This document shows positions 8,700-9,383 of a DNA stretch of 9,383 nt, piece by piece. Below the pieces are notes generated by a model. That model was not told the origin of the DNA, ran no database searches, and worked only from the letters and a program-made list of their open reading frames with translations. Source of the stretch: Paraspadella gotoi (taxonomy: Eukaryota > Animalia > Chaetognatha); the NCBI GenBank assembly GCA_051294375.1, contig JBJCIZ010000161.1, forward strand, positions 1-9,383. Direction: 5' to 3'. The position numbers were made by a program, and so were the translations under genes. The stretch's first letter is position 1. Each line of letters begins with the position of its first letter.

Positions 8700-8941
8700 G
8701 ACCCGGTGGCTCATTGAGTAATGTCATCAGCTCATGACCACTAGGTACCGGGTTCAACCCGGTAACTACTCTGCGGGAAGCGTGAGGACGGCCGTAAGCC
8801 GCCTTGGGGGCATGGCAAACACTCAAGCCTGGTTCCAAGCCCAGGGACCCGTTCCATGGCTGCTAGAGGGGGTTATAGAAGTTACGGACAGTCATCTTCA
8901 GCCCACGTAGCGCCTTATCCACAGCTTTAACCTCAAAAAAA
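8700..8941 (+). mobile_element. tRNA-derived SINE carrying an internal twister ribozyme; short A tail
   Basis: A-box-like TGGCTCATTGAG (8707-8718), T-arm/B-box CCGGG-TTCAA-CCCGG (8748-8762), GC-rich structured body, and CTTTAACCTC followed by A7 (8935-8941). A possible diverged TSD is TAACACCTTCAGTCCT (8684-8699) / TAACACCATCTGTCAT (8957-8972), 13/16 identical. Confidence 0.75.
8773..8852 (+). ncRNA. Twister self-cleaving ribozyme, circularly permuted type P5 (variant with minimal P1 and 1-nt-short P2)
   Basis: P5 GCGGG(8773-77)/CCCGU(8848-52); AA; P2 strand GCGU(8780-83); conserved GAGGA(8784-88); P1 CGGCCG(8789-94); conserved UAA(8795-97); P2 strand GCC(8798-8800); T2 GC(8801-02); P3 CUUGGG(8803-08)/CUCAAG(8822-27); P4 CCUGG(8828-32)/CCAGG(8841-45) closing L4 UUCCAAGC(8833-40). 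Pseudoknot T1 is UCC(8834-36):GGA(8786-88) and T2 is GC(8801-02):GC(8839-40). Confidence 0.8.
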
Positions 8942-9383
8942 TTATAAAGTTTTGATTAACACCATCTGTCATTTGTCAAATTTATTCCATCTTCCTTTGC
9001 TTCTATTCTGCTTTCTTTCTCGTGGCGTTCACACAACAGAGTTGTGGTCCTCTTCTGACTACTCGGTGCATGAAAATTAATAGGAACCCGAAAATGAACA
9101 GTAAGCAATGAACATTTTTCGTATTACCATCAGAAAAATGGACACAGAACCAGATATTCTCACCTCATGATAAAGATACTCACTAATTTATTTACATTTT
9201 GCTTCTGTTTTGATATTGATTGATTCACAATTTAATTTTTTTTTTATTTGTCTAAATTATATATAATGATATACATAATCTCCATTTAGTTATTAGAAAA
9301 ACAATTTTTGGTAAAAACTTTCAAATACGGTAAGCACATATTATAAAAGAGAACCAAAATTTTTATTTCAAAAACTTAAAAAC

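Noticed and set aside
8700-8770. Functional tRNA gene (also considered for 8360-8433 minus)
   Set aside because: The T-loop is too short, the anticodon stems do not pair properly, and each head continues into a body and tail typical of SINEs.
8795-8878. Reading the ribozyme as a type-P1 twister using GAGGG at 8866-8870
   Set aside because: This needs a 5-nt insertion between P2 and GAGGG and gives no matching P1. The P5-permuted reading with GAGGA 8784-8788 gives Watson-Crick T1 and a closing P5.
1-9383. CRISPR array, prokaryotic operon, retron or other bacterial RT system
   Set aside because: There is no repeat-spacer array or dense gene packing, and the RT belongs to a eukaryotic BEL/Pao polyprotein.

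Overview
Eukaryotic, probably animal, repeat-rich genomic DNA with no recognisable intact host gene. Bases 1-~6364 hold a frameshift-riddled BEL/Pao LTR retrotransposon on the + strand, truncated by the window at its 5' end. Its order is gag (DUF1759-like plus three Cys/His knuckles), aspartic protease, RT, RNase H (Pao/A17), integrase, DUF5641-like tail, ~500 bp AT-rich 3' UTR and a candidate 3' LTR. A ~590 bp self-complementary foldback/MITE (6874-7461) and two divergently oriented tRNA-derived SINEs (8281-8433 minus; 8700-8941 plus) follow. The most notable observation is a circularly permuted (type P5) twister ribozyme (8773-8852) directly behind the tRNA head of the plus-strand SINE. Its P1 is reduced to a 6-nt palindrome and its predicted cut site is U8795/A8796. 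Most supplied ORFs are frameshift fragments or antisense shadows. All calls were made by eye without database searches.
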